A DNA stretch of 64,000 nt, from assembly GCA_004764695.1 (NCBI GenBank), contig SMSO01000034.1, forward strand, positions 4,092,001-4,156,000, given 5' to 3'. A program made the translations under genes and the position numbers. This document shows, in pieces, positions 1-11,563 of this stretch. Every line of letters starts with the position of its first letter. Position 1 is the first letter of the stretch. The notes under the pieces were generated by a model, which saw only the letters and a list, made by a program, of their open reading frames with translations, made no database searches and was not told the origin of the DNA. Origin of the DNA: Schizochytrium sp. TIO01. Lineage: Eukaryota > Protista > Bigyra: Labyrinthulomycetes.

Positions 1-1
1 C

Positions 2-1315
2 TTCGTGCTGGGAGACACATCTTATGGAAATTGCTGCGTTGATGAAGTCGCAGCAGAACATCATACTGCCGATTTTGTCGTGCACTATGGCCACTCATGT
101 CTCTCCAGAGCAAGTCGTCTCCCAGTGCAGCTAGTTTTCACAAACAGGCCTCTTAATGTGGAGCTAGCTGCAGAAACCATCGCTGCGTCAGTCTTAGATG
201 GTCATGAGGGTGAAACTAAACCGCATATTGTCCTTGTTCGCGATGTGCGCTACGATTATGCCATGCCTGACCTTGTTAAGGAGCTTGCTGAGAAGCACGA
301 GATTACCGCCTCCCTTCCGGAAATCAAAGGAGGATTTCGCCCCCTGGAATCATTTGAAGCCGCCATGGAAATCGTGCAGGAGCAGCAGGAGGAGAAAAAA
401 GCAGCCCCGATTGCCGTGGCCTTGGGTCAGGAAATCTACGAGACTCAGGATTTTGTAGCCATCTATGTTGGATCTGAAAACGAGCACCTTGCGCAAACAG
501 CTCTCACTCTTGGTGTGGAGAACTGCAAACGTCTCCTTGCTTATGACCCAGCCGAAAACACATGCGACCCCCCTACACGTCAGGTTACCAGTCTAATCTC
601 AAAACGTTTTCTTAAGGTCCAGCAAACCCGCGATGCAAGCATGATTGGTCTTCTTGTAGGAACAATGGGCGTACAGGGCTACTCTGAGGTGCTCAACAAC
701 TTGTCCAAATTGGCACATCGCGCAGGCAAAAAAACATACACATTCCTCATGGGTAAGATTAACCCACAAAAACTCGCAAACTTTGCTCACATTGATGCCT
801 ATGTTCTCGTGGCATGCCCCCTTAACAGCTTGCTTGACTCACGTGAATTTTTCAAGCCTGTTGTTACTCCCTTCGAGCTTGAGGTTGCCCTCGATGCGCG
901 CGAATGGTCCACTCGCTTCGCGCTCTCATTTACAGAGCTTGCATCTCTCAGCCAGCTATCTCTTGATGATGAAAACGATAAGCACAAGGACGGAGATAAT
1001 GACGATGATGACGATGACACGCCGCACTTCTCTCTTGCCACAGGTAAACTTATCCACGCTGCTATTCAAAAACCATCACCAAAGACTACGGACGTGACGC
1101 CAGGTACCGCTGGAGATGATGCCCTTGTCAAGCACGGAGCTGATCGTCACATTGCCATCCGCTACTCTAGTCCTGCTGCAGATGCTCTTGCAGAGCTTTC
1201 ATTTAGAGGTATGGAATCGAACAAGGGCGACAAGGCTCCTCAAGCTGCTGTCAAGGGCCAATCCGGCACAGCGTCTGGTCTATATACTATTGGAGACCCC
1301 CAAACCAAACGTTAA
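2..1315 (+). CDS. DPH2: Diphthamide biosynthesis protein 2 (5'-truncated by window edge)
   Basis: Motifs LGDTSYGNCCVDEVAAEH, VHYGHSCLS, MGKINPQKLANF, LVACP, KPVVTPFELEVAL, PHFSLATGK and C-terminal G(Q)SGTASGY-like tail match the Dph2 family. The frame is open from base 2. Confidence 0.93.
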   Translation, partial: FVLGDTSYGNCCVDEVAAEHHTADFVVHYGHSCLSRASRLPVQLVFTNRPLNVELAAETIAASVLDGHEGETKPHIVLVRDVRYDYAMPDLVKELAEKHEITASLPEIKGGFRPLESFEAAMEIVQEQQEEKKAAPIAVALGQEIYETQDFVAIYVGSENEHLAQTALTLGVENCKRLLAYDPAENTCDPPTRQVTSLISKRFLKVQQTRDASMIGLLVGTMGVQGYSEVLNNLSKLAHRAGKKTYTFLMGKINPQKLANFAHIDAYVLVACPLNSLLDSREFFKPVVTPFELEVALDAREWSTRFALSFTELASLSQLSLDDENDKHKDGDNDDDDDDTPHFSLATGKLIHAAIQKPSPKTTDVTPGTAGDDALVKHGADRHIAIRYSSPAADALAELSFRGMESNKGDKAPQAAVKGQSGTASGLYTIGDPQTKR

Positions 1316-1992
1316 GCCCATAAGCAAAAAACTCTTGTATCACCCACGTTCTCCAGCACCATAACTCTCTTCTGCTCCCGCCTTCACATGTATTTTTGCT
1401 CGATAAGTTTGGGGTTCGTCTCTGCAAAGTTAACTCAGAAACAAACCACCTTTTCTCTTTCCAAATCATTTATAAACCCAACTATTTCGTCTGTCTTACA
1501 GTATACACTTGCAACTATTTTACACATTCATTTTTAATATCTATACTCGAAAAAAGGGTGACGGGAATAACTCTGCAAGCCTAATATCTAAACCTTTTCA
1601 GTATATCAAAATAGAAACATCGAGCGTCAGACTTCAACTTTTTAATATCTGACACAGATACACAGCTGTTAAACTCAAAACAGATCAAGCTATGCTCCAA
1701 CCCTTACAAAATAAGGAAGGATCCTCAAGATATAAAATCGGGAATAGATGAATAAAATGTGATATGCAGTAGTAAATTACAGTAACAATTTGTAAGACAG
1801 GGGGAGAACAGAAACAATCACCATACTTAGAGGACATGTTAACGGAATGGAGTGCAGTGATTGTTCGGAAGGATCAAAGTTAGAACAACGATCGATAAAA
1901 AGCAAAAGATTAACGAAGCAGCTGGTTGTTTAAGAGAGCAAAGCCAATTTGTGTATGTGATGGTATGACTTCACCTCGGGGTTAAACAACGC

Positions 1993-2790
1993 TTAGACCT
2001 TCTCCTTCTTTATTTTCTTTTCCTTTTTTACCTTTTTCTCTTTCTTCTCCTTCTTGGATTTCTTCTCCTTAGGTTCACCAAACTCGGTCTTCACCTTCTT
2101 ATTAGCGCGCTCCTCGATGTCACTATCAGCAGCACCAGAAGACGACTCCTCGTCTTCTTTCTTTACACGCTCAAACGAAGGGAGGCCGCCAAAACCCGCC
2201 CCGCCATCCTGGCTAATGGGGCCTAGATCAGCATCGGCCATTGTACCTTCAATGAACCAATCGGTAGGGCTAGTCGTATCCACAGCATGGACGCGAAAAG
2301 ACACGGCAGTATCGACGGCAAGAACATCGTCCTTATTCTGAGACGAAACAAACTGACCCTCAAGATCCTTGTACTCATACCGAGACTTGAGACGCTCGCG
2401 AATGATGGAAACGGGGAAGGCACCAAAGACAAGCAAACTAATGTGACCGGCAGAAACTTGATTGATACGACCGGTCAAACGCGAGCCCTTCGAAGCCATA
2501 AAAAGCAACGCACGGTACTTGAACCGGTAGCGGATTTCAGGGCAGTCTTCGAACACCATACCAAAACCATCTTCCACACGAAGGTTAGAGTATGAGAGCA
2601 TGACACCTCCAAAGCGGGAGTCATACTTCAAAAGACGATCGTTAAGAAGCTCACTTGCACCCAAATGGGCACGGCCAATGTATGCAGGAGACAGACTCAT
2701 CGTAGACTCTAACTTTGCAATACGAAATGGCGAGTCAGTAGTGGGAACACTACTGACAGAGTCAGAGCGCGCACGTTTGCGGCTCATCAT
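1993..2790 (-). CDS. RPA43: RNA polymerase I subunit RPA43
   Basis: LSPAYIG...LNDRLLKYDSRFGGVMLSY N-terminal domain and OB fold (GRINQVSAGHISLLVFGAFPVSI), followed by a lysine-rich KKEK tail typical of Rpa43. Confidence 0.88.
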   Translation of the reverse strand: MMSRKRARSDSVSSVPTTDSPFRIAKLESTMSLSPAYIGRAHLGASELLNDRLLKYDSRFGGVMLSYSNLRVEDGFGMVFEDCPEIRYRFKYRALLFMASKGSRLTGRINQVSAGHISLLVFGAFPVSIIRERLKSRYEYKDLEGQFVSSQNKDDVLAVDTAVSFRVHAVDTTSPTDWFIEGTMADADLGPISQDGGAGFGGLPSFERVKKEDEESSSGAADSDIEERANKKVKTEFGEPKEKKSKKEKKEKKVKKEKKIKKEKV

Positions 2791-5094
2791 AGGTGGGCTG
2801 ACAATCTCAGCGGTGTTGCTTGAAAGAGTCTGTATTACGTTACATTTTCGTAATAGTTAGTTCACTTGTTTCTCTCCAAATCAGTAAATTCAGACGACAT
2901 GTTGAAGTGGTTGACGCTTTATTCTCTCTCTCTCGCTTCCCGTATTACTACTAGTGACAGAAGACTGGTCAATCTGGCAATATTGATGTCAGGGGTCGTA
3001 GGACCGAATTGTGAGTGACGAAGAATCGTCCACAATGCAGCCAGACAAAATGACACATCCTGGTTCCTTTAGCCCAATTTTGACGCTGTACACATTGATG
3101 GGAATTCAACAGGTACAGATACACGGTTGGGCAACCAACAAATGAATTACCCAAACCATTTGTTTCGTTCCCACTCCCCACTCGCATACTAAACAGTAGT
3201 TATCAAACACACGAAAGCTTGAAAAACAATACTTGGCATTTCGGAATCGACAGGTCGTCGGAACAATGTGTGATAGCATTGTTCTAACGGTTTATGACTC
3301 CGCATACTTCTTTCTTAGCTGATACGACATAGACAATGGCCACTGTTGGTGCATCGGCCCCGAGGGGACGTACCACCTACCGCGCAAAGTCCACTTTTAC
3401 AGCTGTCCAAATCCCCACCCACTATACAACTCTTGGCGCTCCGCAGAGATCTAAATCCATCATACAAATGCCTCGTATTTTTTTCTCAATGGTCGTGCGT
3501 ACATTGCATAACGCCCTGCACACACGTTCAATCTCGTCATCTATAGTTGTGTAATCAGTTGGATTTCTTCCATGCTTATTGCAGCCAATATGTTGTATCT
3601 TGCCCTCCCCGACATTGTTACTATTCTCTCTGGAAAGGAGTGTTCATTCACTTGAGCATCCATTCAAGAAACAATACACAGTCACTGACAGGAAAGCCCC
3701 AGGATAATCACAGGAAGATAAGTTGATAGAGATCAGAATTTGACAGCACAAGATAACCCTGAAAGATCATGCATGCACAAGCAGCAGCAGCTTCAGCTTC
3801 GTGACGGTTACGTTATTTGGTATCCATCATGAAGTGCAACAGCACCATGCTGCCTCGTGTCACGAGATCAAACTTGGTTATCCATCACTATCATCAACGC
3901 AGAAGTCGTCGTCACAATTTGACACGTACCGGCATCGCAGTTTCGCTCTGCGCAGCGAACTTGCTTGCTGCCCACCTTCAAGAGTGGGGCTACAAGCAGC
4001 TACCTGCACCGACCTTTCGATCGGGAGGTCACTCCTTGGAGTTTGCGAATTGCTGGCAAGCTTCGAAGGATTTGCCCAGCCCAATCCCTCCTCGCCAGCA
4101 ATTCTTAGAGTGCCAAGCACCACGGAAATAAATGAATGGATGGACGGGATCTGCCACTGATTCTGTTCTGCATTTGCTTCCTCATCGCCATGACCACTCA
4201 TTTCCTTTTTACCTATAATAATAACCGCAACCGAAACACACTTATCGGTTATAAAACGAACGACACCCCCCCCCAAAAAAACTAAAAATTGTAACGACCA
4301 ATGCGTTTCGATATCGTTATATGAAACCTATGTTTAACATCACCTTAAACAAATAAACAAATCACACCACTTTATATCTTTTATTAAGGTGTATTGTAGT
4401 CCTGTTTTCTTGAGTTTTGAGAGCAGTTAAAACCTTTACACTGCTCACTTCTAATAGTGATAACCAGTGATGAGAGCGTAGAATACTTCGCTGCGGTGCG
4501 CAGGTAAAGGCGTGAATACATGCACTGCCTCTGATTGACATTGACATACGAGAAGCCTGCAAGCATCCTTTAGTAGTCCGTAGAGACTCCAATACACAGA
4601 GAGTTACGTTTTATACCGCTCCCAATTTAAAGCTTAAACTGATGCGCAAACTTTGATTGAATGATTTCTAGTCTTTTTTAATATAAATAGGCCTAGAAAT
4701 GAAAATCTTTTTCCTTTCTTAAAATAGTGATACCTACTCCTATCAGCAATAACACAACGCGAGGAACTTGTGCAGCAGCGCCGAGCAGTCCGCCGTCGTG
4801 CTAATTTGCGAAGAGCAACGGAGCTGACGGAGTACAGAGACAACGCCTTGGGCCTCTCTCTATATATATCTCCTCGTGTCGGCGTACACGCGCGCGTGCG
4901 TTGACTACTTGCTTGAACAAAGGCGAAGGGTCCCTGGGTAGGCGATCTAACTGGCACACGAAGCGCAACAACAACGACGACAACTGCGAAACAATCAGAC
5001 AAAGACATACGCAAAGCAACCAACCGGGCTGAGATTGCCTATACAAGTTGGAATTTAGCAATATACTATTGTGGGTTGACCAATCGTGAGCACC

Positions 5095-6102
5095 ATGCGA
5101 CGCAGCACGAGAATCACTCGGGCTCAACAGCAGGCAGAAGCCGAAGAGCGTGACTTGGAGGAGCAAGAAGAGGAGGAACATGACGATGGAGATGAGGGAG
5201 AACAAGACGATGAGGGAGATGAGGAGGAGGCCGATCTAGAGCATGTTGGTAGTCAGAAACGTAAAGAACTTGGTCTCGGATCATGGGATGGTGGCCACCT
5301 CGAAGTCGAAGCATTTGTAAAGAGAACTCGTACGAATGAAGGTAGGGGAACCTCGTCAAAAATTTCTGACATGGAGGATAGCAACTGCAAGAATTTGCTT
5401 GGCGCAGTGATGCGCTTTATTTTATACCGAAACATTACACGGAAACCTTGTCGCGTTGCTGATATCATGGACAACGTGGTCAAGCCCAGCAAAATCCCTC
5501 TTAAACCTGCACAAAGAGTCGAGCTCTTCCATATTATTCAGGATCGCTTCTTAGAAGTATTTGGATACTACCTGATCAGTACCGCTGATGGACCTTCTGA
5601 CAATCCCAAAGCTGCTAAAGAAAATGATGCGAAGAAGGCGAAGGTCAAGGTTAACAATAGCGATAATTGGGTATTGTTGAGTCTGAATGACCCCCCTGAG
5701 CTGCGTGAAAAGCAAGCACATGAAAACGACGAGGAGAACCCTGACCGTGCCATGGCGCTTGTGATCCTCTCAATTGTGATGTTGCATGACAGCAAAGTCA
5801 GTGAAAAGGACCTTTGTAATGCACTCCAAGAGCTTGGCATCCCAGAGCAAGGCAGTAAGCGTAAAGGTACTTTCCAGGACGCTCTCTCGGCAATAAAGAG
5901 GATCAGAGATCTTGGCTACCTTACATTGAAGAAAGTTGACTCAGATGAAAAAGATGGCGGTAAATCAAATGAATACCACTTCGGACCTAAGGCTCTTCTT
6001 GAGATTGGTTTGCCTAACATCCTTCGTTTCATGGAAAAGATTACAAATATAAAGCTTGATGAAAAAGATGCAAAGGAGTTTCTTTCGAAGGCTGTTGTAT
6101 AG
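5095..6102 (+). CDS. NSE3: MAGE-domain protein, Smc5/6 subunit Nse3-like
   Basis: Acidic N-terminus followed by the MAGE winged-helix pattern (VMRFIL, FLEVFGYYL, LVILSIVML..VSEKDL..LQELGI, GYL, YHFGPKALLEIG..NILRFMEKI). First ATG at 5095. Confidence 0.82.
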   Translation: MRRSTRITRAQQQAEAEERDLEEQEEEEHDDGDEGEQDDEGDEEEADLEHVGSQKRKELGLGSWDGGHLEVEAFVKRTRTNEGRGTSSKISDMEDSNCKNLLGAVMRFILYRNITRKPCRVADIMDNVVKPSKIPLKPAQRVELFHIIQDRFLEVFGYYLISTADGPSDNPKAAKENDAKKAKVKVNNSDNWVLLSLNDPPELREKQAHENDEENPDRAMALVILSIVMLHDSKVSEKDLCNALQELGIPEQGSKRKGTFQDALSAIKRIRDLGYLTLKKVDSDEKDGGKSNEYHFGPKALLEIGLPNILRFMEKITNIKLDEKDAKEFLSKAVV

Positions 6103-6952
6103 CAAGCCAATTATGGAGATAGAACAGTGTGTCGGGTATACAAAGCCCGAAATCCCAAATCTGGTGTGAGTATTTGTCCCTACATTTGACCGTAAATGAG
6201 ATTCCTCTCTCTTAAATATCACCACGTTTGAGCGAGATATACTTTCTCGACAATCTATTTACACTTGGTCTTCCATCATGTGCTGCAATTTTCAGCTTGG
6301 CTATTCTTCATATACCCACTATATTGTGAGCCGAACTAGGCATGTTGAACTTGGCTGTGGTTTGTTCGTCTTTGGTAGTCTATGCACAGGCTTAAATTCG
6401 AATGATTCTTGTTGGTAATGGCCCGTCGCTGTCAGCAATAACAAGCCCCATGCTAGTACAGCGAATCAAACTTTATCAAAAACTGAAGTTCTTATAATTA
6501 ATTGATCTTGTCATCTTACTATGTTTACCAAGAATAATATACAACCCTCGTGCTTGAATAAAACATTCCTAAATACAAGAGTGAGACATTAAATATTGAA
6601 CAAAGTAGGCGTTCTTTTACATATATGCTTGTTTTCTGCATCCTTAACAACATACTTTATTCAAACAAACCATTTTACACATTATAAACATGGAGGTACA
6701 CCTAATGGTCAATATTGTTTTTTTACTGATACAAAAATAAGAATGAAGGAGGCGTTAATGCGAGGGCACGAACTTATCAATACAGTTGAGCACAGCAATT
6801 CGCCAAAAGTCCTCTCTTTGAGGATATTATTTAAGCGCAAGTGAACGCTGGTGCTATCTTGAATGACCACGGAGATACCCATCTTAGATTTACAAAGTCT
6901 GGTTCTACTCAGCACACCCCTGAAAGAATAGGATAAAAGGAGGCTTTGCTAT

Positions 6953-6977
6953 CCCCCCCCCCCCCCCCCCCCCCCCC
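6953..6977. repeat. Poly-C/poly-G tract (C25)
   Basis: 25 consecutive C, about 130 bp beyond the USP stop codon. Confidence 0.95.
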
Positions 6978-7107
6978 TGATAATAGAAAGTGGAACGACT
7001 TCAGACGGTGTGAGCGCTTTTGAGACAATACAAAGCTTACATCGCCAGACGTGCAGTGATCGTCTGAGAGGTCTTTCGCTGTAAAAATCGAATTTTAAGA
7101 GCCATCA

Positions 7108-8883
7108 TTAAATACCATCCTGCTCGTTCTCTGAGATTGAGATTGTAGGATCAATGCTTTCTACGCCGACTTCAGTCTCCAAGGTCGTGGTTTCGCATTG
7201 GTTTTTTAAGGCATTGCTTGGAGAAGCTGCATGGTGACCGCGAATAATAGAATCCAGATCCCGTGGTGCTAGCTGGTGAGGCCAATTCGCTGGGTTGTTG
7301 ATCGATTGGCGACGATAGCCTCGGTCAGTAATGGTACGGCGCTGATAAAAGAGTAAATAAGCTTGCTTGTCCTGAACAGAAGTAGTGGGGACTTTTGTCC
7401 TCCTGGAGTCATCAAACATATACCATTGATGGCCTGATCGACCGCGAACGACTGCATTGTAGTGTCCACTACCCGTACCCCCCATGTGACGTGACACTGC
7501 ATAAAGATCGTAAACAGGTTGGTCACGTTGAACACCTGATGTATAGTCATCTAGCTCAAGCTGCAATACGGGGAAGTTAACCATGGTGTTAATTTTCTGA
7601 GTGCGCACGCCGGTACGACTGTACTTGAAACGTTTAAGATGGATCATCAACACGGGAGGCAGTTTCCAAAGGTCAAACTTTTTCACCGCGTCAACATGCT
7701 TTTTGCATTTACTACAGTACCATTGCTCGTCGCCAGAAAGTCTCTCGGGCCTCAAAAAGGCATCAAGAAGGCTTTCTAGGTCAACCTCCTCTTCGTCTGC
7801 AATAACAGGTAGTGAAAGGTACATAAAGGGGTCAAATTTGACAGAAACATATCCGCATTCCTCGCAGGTGAGCGAGGACTTGAGCTGACCTTGCATAATA
7901 TCAACAATGATACTTCGGTCACGCATCAAGTGTAGCTTCCATTGTTCAGCTGCAACAACCTCATCAGGGCGTCCGTTTGCATCTGGAATATCGTGATAAG
8001 GTTTCTTTGAGACCCGGTTGAGATCTTCGTGAAGTCCATCCAGGAGGTACGCCATAAATTCTTGGCAATCATGTTGCATTGTTCCAGAGTATTGAGGTGC
8101 GAACCGGCTGACGATTGCCTTGAATGATGATGGACTTGCTGGTGTATCTGGTTCACCAAATAGCTGGTCAAGCAGTGCCGCAAACTCCTCGGCAAGCTTG
8201 CCACCAGTTCCACTAGGATTCTCTTTGTGGAGGTCATTGTGCCAGAGTGTAGTTCCTACAAAGAAATCTGTAATAGGAGCAGTGTGAGAAAGGCACTGCA
8301 GTGCCGCATTCATAAAGCATGTGTTGCCTAAATTACAAAGACCTGCACCTACATCGTTGCCTGGTGTCCAGAGACTCTCCTTCCGGAGACGGATGAACTC
8401 CTTCGTCCGCCCAGGTCCAAACTGGTTCTCCCAAGAGCTTGATCTTAGTTTTGTGAGGTTAAAGTTTGTGCTAGATCCTTCTGTGCTAGCAATAGGATCC
8501 TTTTGCTCTACCTGCGTCAGAATCTGATGTTCCAATACCGCTTTGCTAGGGTGCCGGTCAATTCCATCTACTCTAGGCAAAGTTGGTCGTCGGCTCTTGG
8601 TAAAGGCCGATGGCCTTCGTGACGAAGAAGATGATGATTTGCGGCTAGACAAATCAGAAGACAGGTGAGACCTCTCAGCTGCTCGTTTGTTAGCCTCTGT
8701 GGGCTCGCTTCGGCCTCTGCGGTGGCCTGGGATGGGCACCATTTTGCGGTCCTCTTCGGCGTGGCCTTGGGCCCCATGTGATCTGCCACGTGCTCGCTTC
8801 TTGCGAGAACCAGAGGAGGACGAAGAGTTCGACGTCTCCGACGATGACCGCGACAGCAGCGGCCGTGAAGAGAGAAGTCCCAT
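7108..8883 (-). CDS. Ubiquitin-specific protease (peptidase C19, USP2/8/15-like) with N-myristoylation motif
   Basis: Cys box GLCNLGNTCFMNAALQCL, QHDCQEF, LDGLHEDLNRV, CSKC, LMIHLKRF, His box YDLYAVSRHMGGTGSGHY and WYMFDD. First ATG at 8883 gives MGLLSS. Confidence 0.95.
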   Translation of the reverse strand: MGLLSSRPLLSRSSSETSNSSSSSGSRKKRARGRSHGAQGHAEEDRKMVPIPGHRRGRSEPTEANKRAAERSHLSSDLSSRKSSSSSSRRPSAFTKSRRPTLPRVDGIDRHPSKAVLEHQILTQVEQKDPIASTEGSSTNFNLTKLRSSSWENQFGPGRTKEFIRLRKESLWTPGNDVGAGLCNLGNTCFMNAALQCLSHTAPITDFFVGTTLWHNDLHKENPSGTGGKLAEEFAALLDQLFGEPDTPASPSSFKAIVSRFAPQYSGTMQHDCQEFMAYLLDGLHEDLNRVSKKPYHDIPDANGRPDEVVAAEQWKLHLMRDRSIIVDIMQGQLKSSLTCEECGYVSVKFDPFMYLSLPVIADEEEVDLESLLDAFLRPERLSGDEQWYCSKCKKHVDAVKKFDLWKLPPVLMIHLKRFKYSRTGVRTQKINTMVNFPVLQLELDDYTSGVQRDQPVYDLYAVSRHMGGTGSGHYNAVVRGRSGHQWYMFDDSRRTKVPTTSVQDKQAYLLFYQRRTITDRGYRRQSINNPANWPHQLAPRDLDSIIRGHHAASPSNALKNQCETTTLETEVGVESIDPTISISENEQDGI

Positions 8884-10490
8884 CGCGGAGAGGCAGCTGG
8901 TCAGTGCGAGGTTCTCGCTTTGCGCTCTCGGCTTCTGCACAAGTCCAAACCTAGTTTACTCTTCTTTCTTTGACCTGTACCTACTACAAATTATTTCTCT
9001 TTCGTTTCTTTTCATTTACCCTTTTATTTTCATTTATAGACTACTACTACTACTTCGTAGCTAGCTAGCTAGCTAGTTATAGTGATAAATAAACTCTTTG
9101 TTTTGGTAATCCTCAATCCACACACCGCCTCTGACACAATAGGCTCAAGAAGGGGGTGGTACCTACCTACCTTCATGCCACTGCTCGGTAAGGAGTGAAT
9201 GCTTCAGCTGCTTGGAGCCAGCAACAGCAGTGCCACTAACTCGACAGAGCTGCAGACACCTCGCATAACACTCCTGAAGACGGAGTCGAATTCGTTTTAT
9301 TCACATTTAGTGCTTTTCTCTTCTGCTGTGTTGTATTACAAAGCGCCAGTTTTATTTATTTATTTAATTGATTATTTATTTACTATGCATGTACAGCACG
9401 TAACTCACCAACCACGGAGGTGCTCGGCCAGTCGAAGCCGCAGTTCTTCGTGGGTTATGAGACTCTGGACACAGGGCTGATGGAAAGCAGCGATCGATGG
9501 GAGGACGTGACCTTCCTTGAGGCAGTTAGTTAATTGCAACAAAGCTGCTGCCTTTCACAGATCGTTCGTTCGTTCATGGACGAGGTATTGCGTTAATTCA
9601 TCAATTCATCATTCATCCAATTTCTTTCGTCTTGATAATAATAAAGAAATATAAAAAGGAAAAAAGAAAAAAGGAAAGAAAGAAAGAAGAAAACGAAGTG
9701 ATCCATTCGCTGTGAGGCTTGTGGATACAAGACCACGTGTAGAAGAGGCGCAAGCGACGGGGATTGGAAATGGATGAGATAGACCTCGGACTCTTCTGCG
9801 TTGAAGAAGCCATTCATCGCTGACGATGGAAACTGACGACGAGCGATCGGCCAGACGAACGGCAAAAGGCCTGAACCTCATACAACGAACATCAAAGCAG
9901 CTAACCTGATTTTGGTGCACCCAAAGAAAACTTCAACAACTTGAGAACGCATGTGCTGCGCTCATCTTCAATGAATGACTCCATTCACGGATGGGAAAAT
10001 AGTTTTAATGCTCCTTTTTTCCCTTTCCTTTCCTTCTCTTTCCTTTTCTTCCCTTCAAAATGTGAAGGAAGGTAAGAAGGCATCTATCTTCCTACCTTCC
10101 TACCTACTACGGTTTCGTATATTTCAATGCAAAACAATCGAACTGTGAACGATCTGAAGATTACTCGCGAGCCCGCGTATAAAAACCGTCGCTTCAATGC
10201 TTAGCGGCAGTCTCGCAAGAGCCCACCGCTGCTCTCAAGGCCACAGCCCCGACCCCTTCGACCCCTTTCTACGTATCTTCAAGTCGAAGCAAATGGGCAT
10301 TTATTCACTCATTCACTCATTCACTCATTCATTCATTCGATGTCAAGATGCGGTGCGCGGAGTCCGGTGGGAAAGGGCCACGCGCTGCTTAAAAGAAACC
10401 GACCTCACTTGAAAGACTCTGGGGCCCCAGAGACCTCAGCGAAAGGCCCTCGACCAGTGCGAGCAGGTCCCAGCAAAGCAAGCGAGCACT

Positions 10491-10725
10491 CGCATCGCAT
10501 CGCATGGCATTGCATCGCATGGCATTGCATTGCATTACATCACATTGCATTGCATTGCATTGCATTGCATTACATCACATTGCATTGCATTGCATTGCAT
10601 TACATCACATTGCATTGCATTGCATTGCATTACATCACATTGCATTGCATTGCATTGCATTACATCACATTGCATTGCATCGCATTGCAACGAATGCAAC
10701 GAATTCAACGAATGCAACGCATGCA
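10491..10725. repeat. Compound pentamer satellite (NGCAT/TACAT/CACAT) with 30-bp higher-order unit, then (GCAACGAAT) 9-mers
   Basis: TACATCACAT recurs at 10536, 10571, 10601, 10631 and 10661 inside (TGCAT)n. Confidence 0.95.
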
Positions 10726-10919
10726 GCGAGGAGAAGCAAAGAACGCGGTCGTGCATATTTATTTTGGCAAAGTCTATGATGCGCGAGTTCTTCACTTAAG
10801 GACTGGGTTTTGTGAACTTGGCTTTGGGATGGAGAGCTGATTGTAAAAAGATGCGAGGGAAGTTTGGGTTTTATCATAGAAAGAATGTGCTTTCGGTCGC
10901 TATGATTGCACTAGTGTTT

Positions 10920-10955
10920 GATGATTTGTTGATGATTTGTTGATGATTTGTTGAT
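10920..10955. repeat. 11-bp tandem repeat (GATGATTTGTT)x3
   Basis: Read directly from the sequence. Confidence 0.9.
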
Positions 10956-11563
10956 ATGTAAAAAGGTAATTAATTTATTGAGCTCGAAGAATTCATCGGT
11001 TGAGGAAGGGTTCGAGAGGTCTTTCCGTTTGCTCTCGATGGTCTTCTTTGATGGAAATGTGCTTTGCATATGGCTCGTATCTCTGCGTTGGAGCTGACCT
11101 ATTCAGGAAATGTGCGTTTTGGGTACACATCGAAACTCTCTGCGTTTGCACAGCGATCTTGTGAGACTTGGAATCGATGAGGAAACCATGCGAAAGCTTC
11201 TGCAACCTGATCGGGGAGGCTTTCAACAATACCTTGGAGCTAAGGAAGTTCTGCAGAAGTTGGACGCGAGTCATGCATGGCCCGGCGAGAGAACCACAGA
11301 AGTTCAAGATGGCCCGCTTTAGTTCACTTGCGCTGTGGGCAAAAAGTAAGCAAGCATTGCAAAGGTGTACTTTCAAAGTAGGATGACAAGTAGGATATCC
11401 AGAGTGTAAGTGAAGTATAGAGTGGATTAATCGAAGTAAGTGACCTCACAAGTGAAGTATTGCTCAGGTAAGTAGAGAATGCGGGACCATTCCAAAGAGT
11501 GGATGTGAGAGCACAGGCTTGGTCAGGTAAAGCGCGAAAACTCGTCCACTTTGTCTGGAGACC

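Noticed and set aside
3256-3289. Hairpin GAACAATG/CATTGTTC
   Set aside because: An isolated 8-bp stem, within chance expectation.
4467-4534. Possible C/D snoRNA (GTGATGA...CTGA)
   Set aside because: Weak terminal stem and no recognisable rRNA-complementary guide.
10340-10840. Cys/His-rich repetitive ORFs (CIALHYITLH; MQCDV on the minus strand)
   Set aside because: They are translations of the pentamer satellite, open in several frames, with no coding context.
11110-11322. 70-aa protein-like ORF upstream of BMT2
   Set aside because: Short, with no motif and no supportable exon structure.
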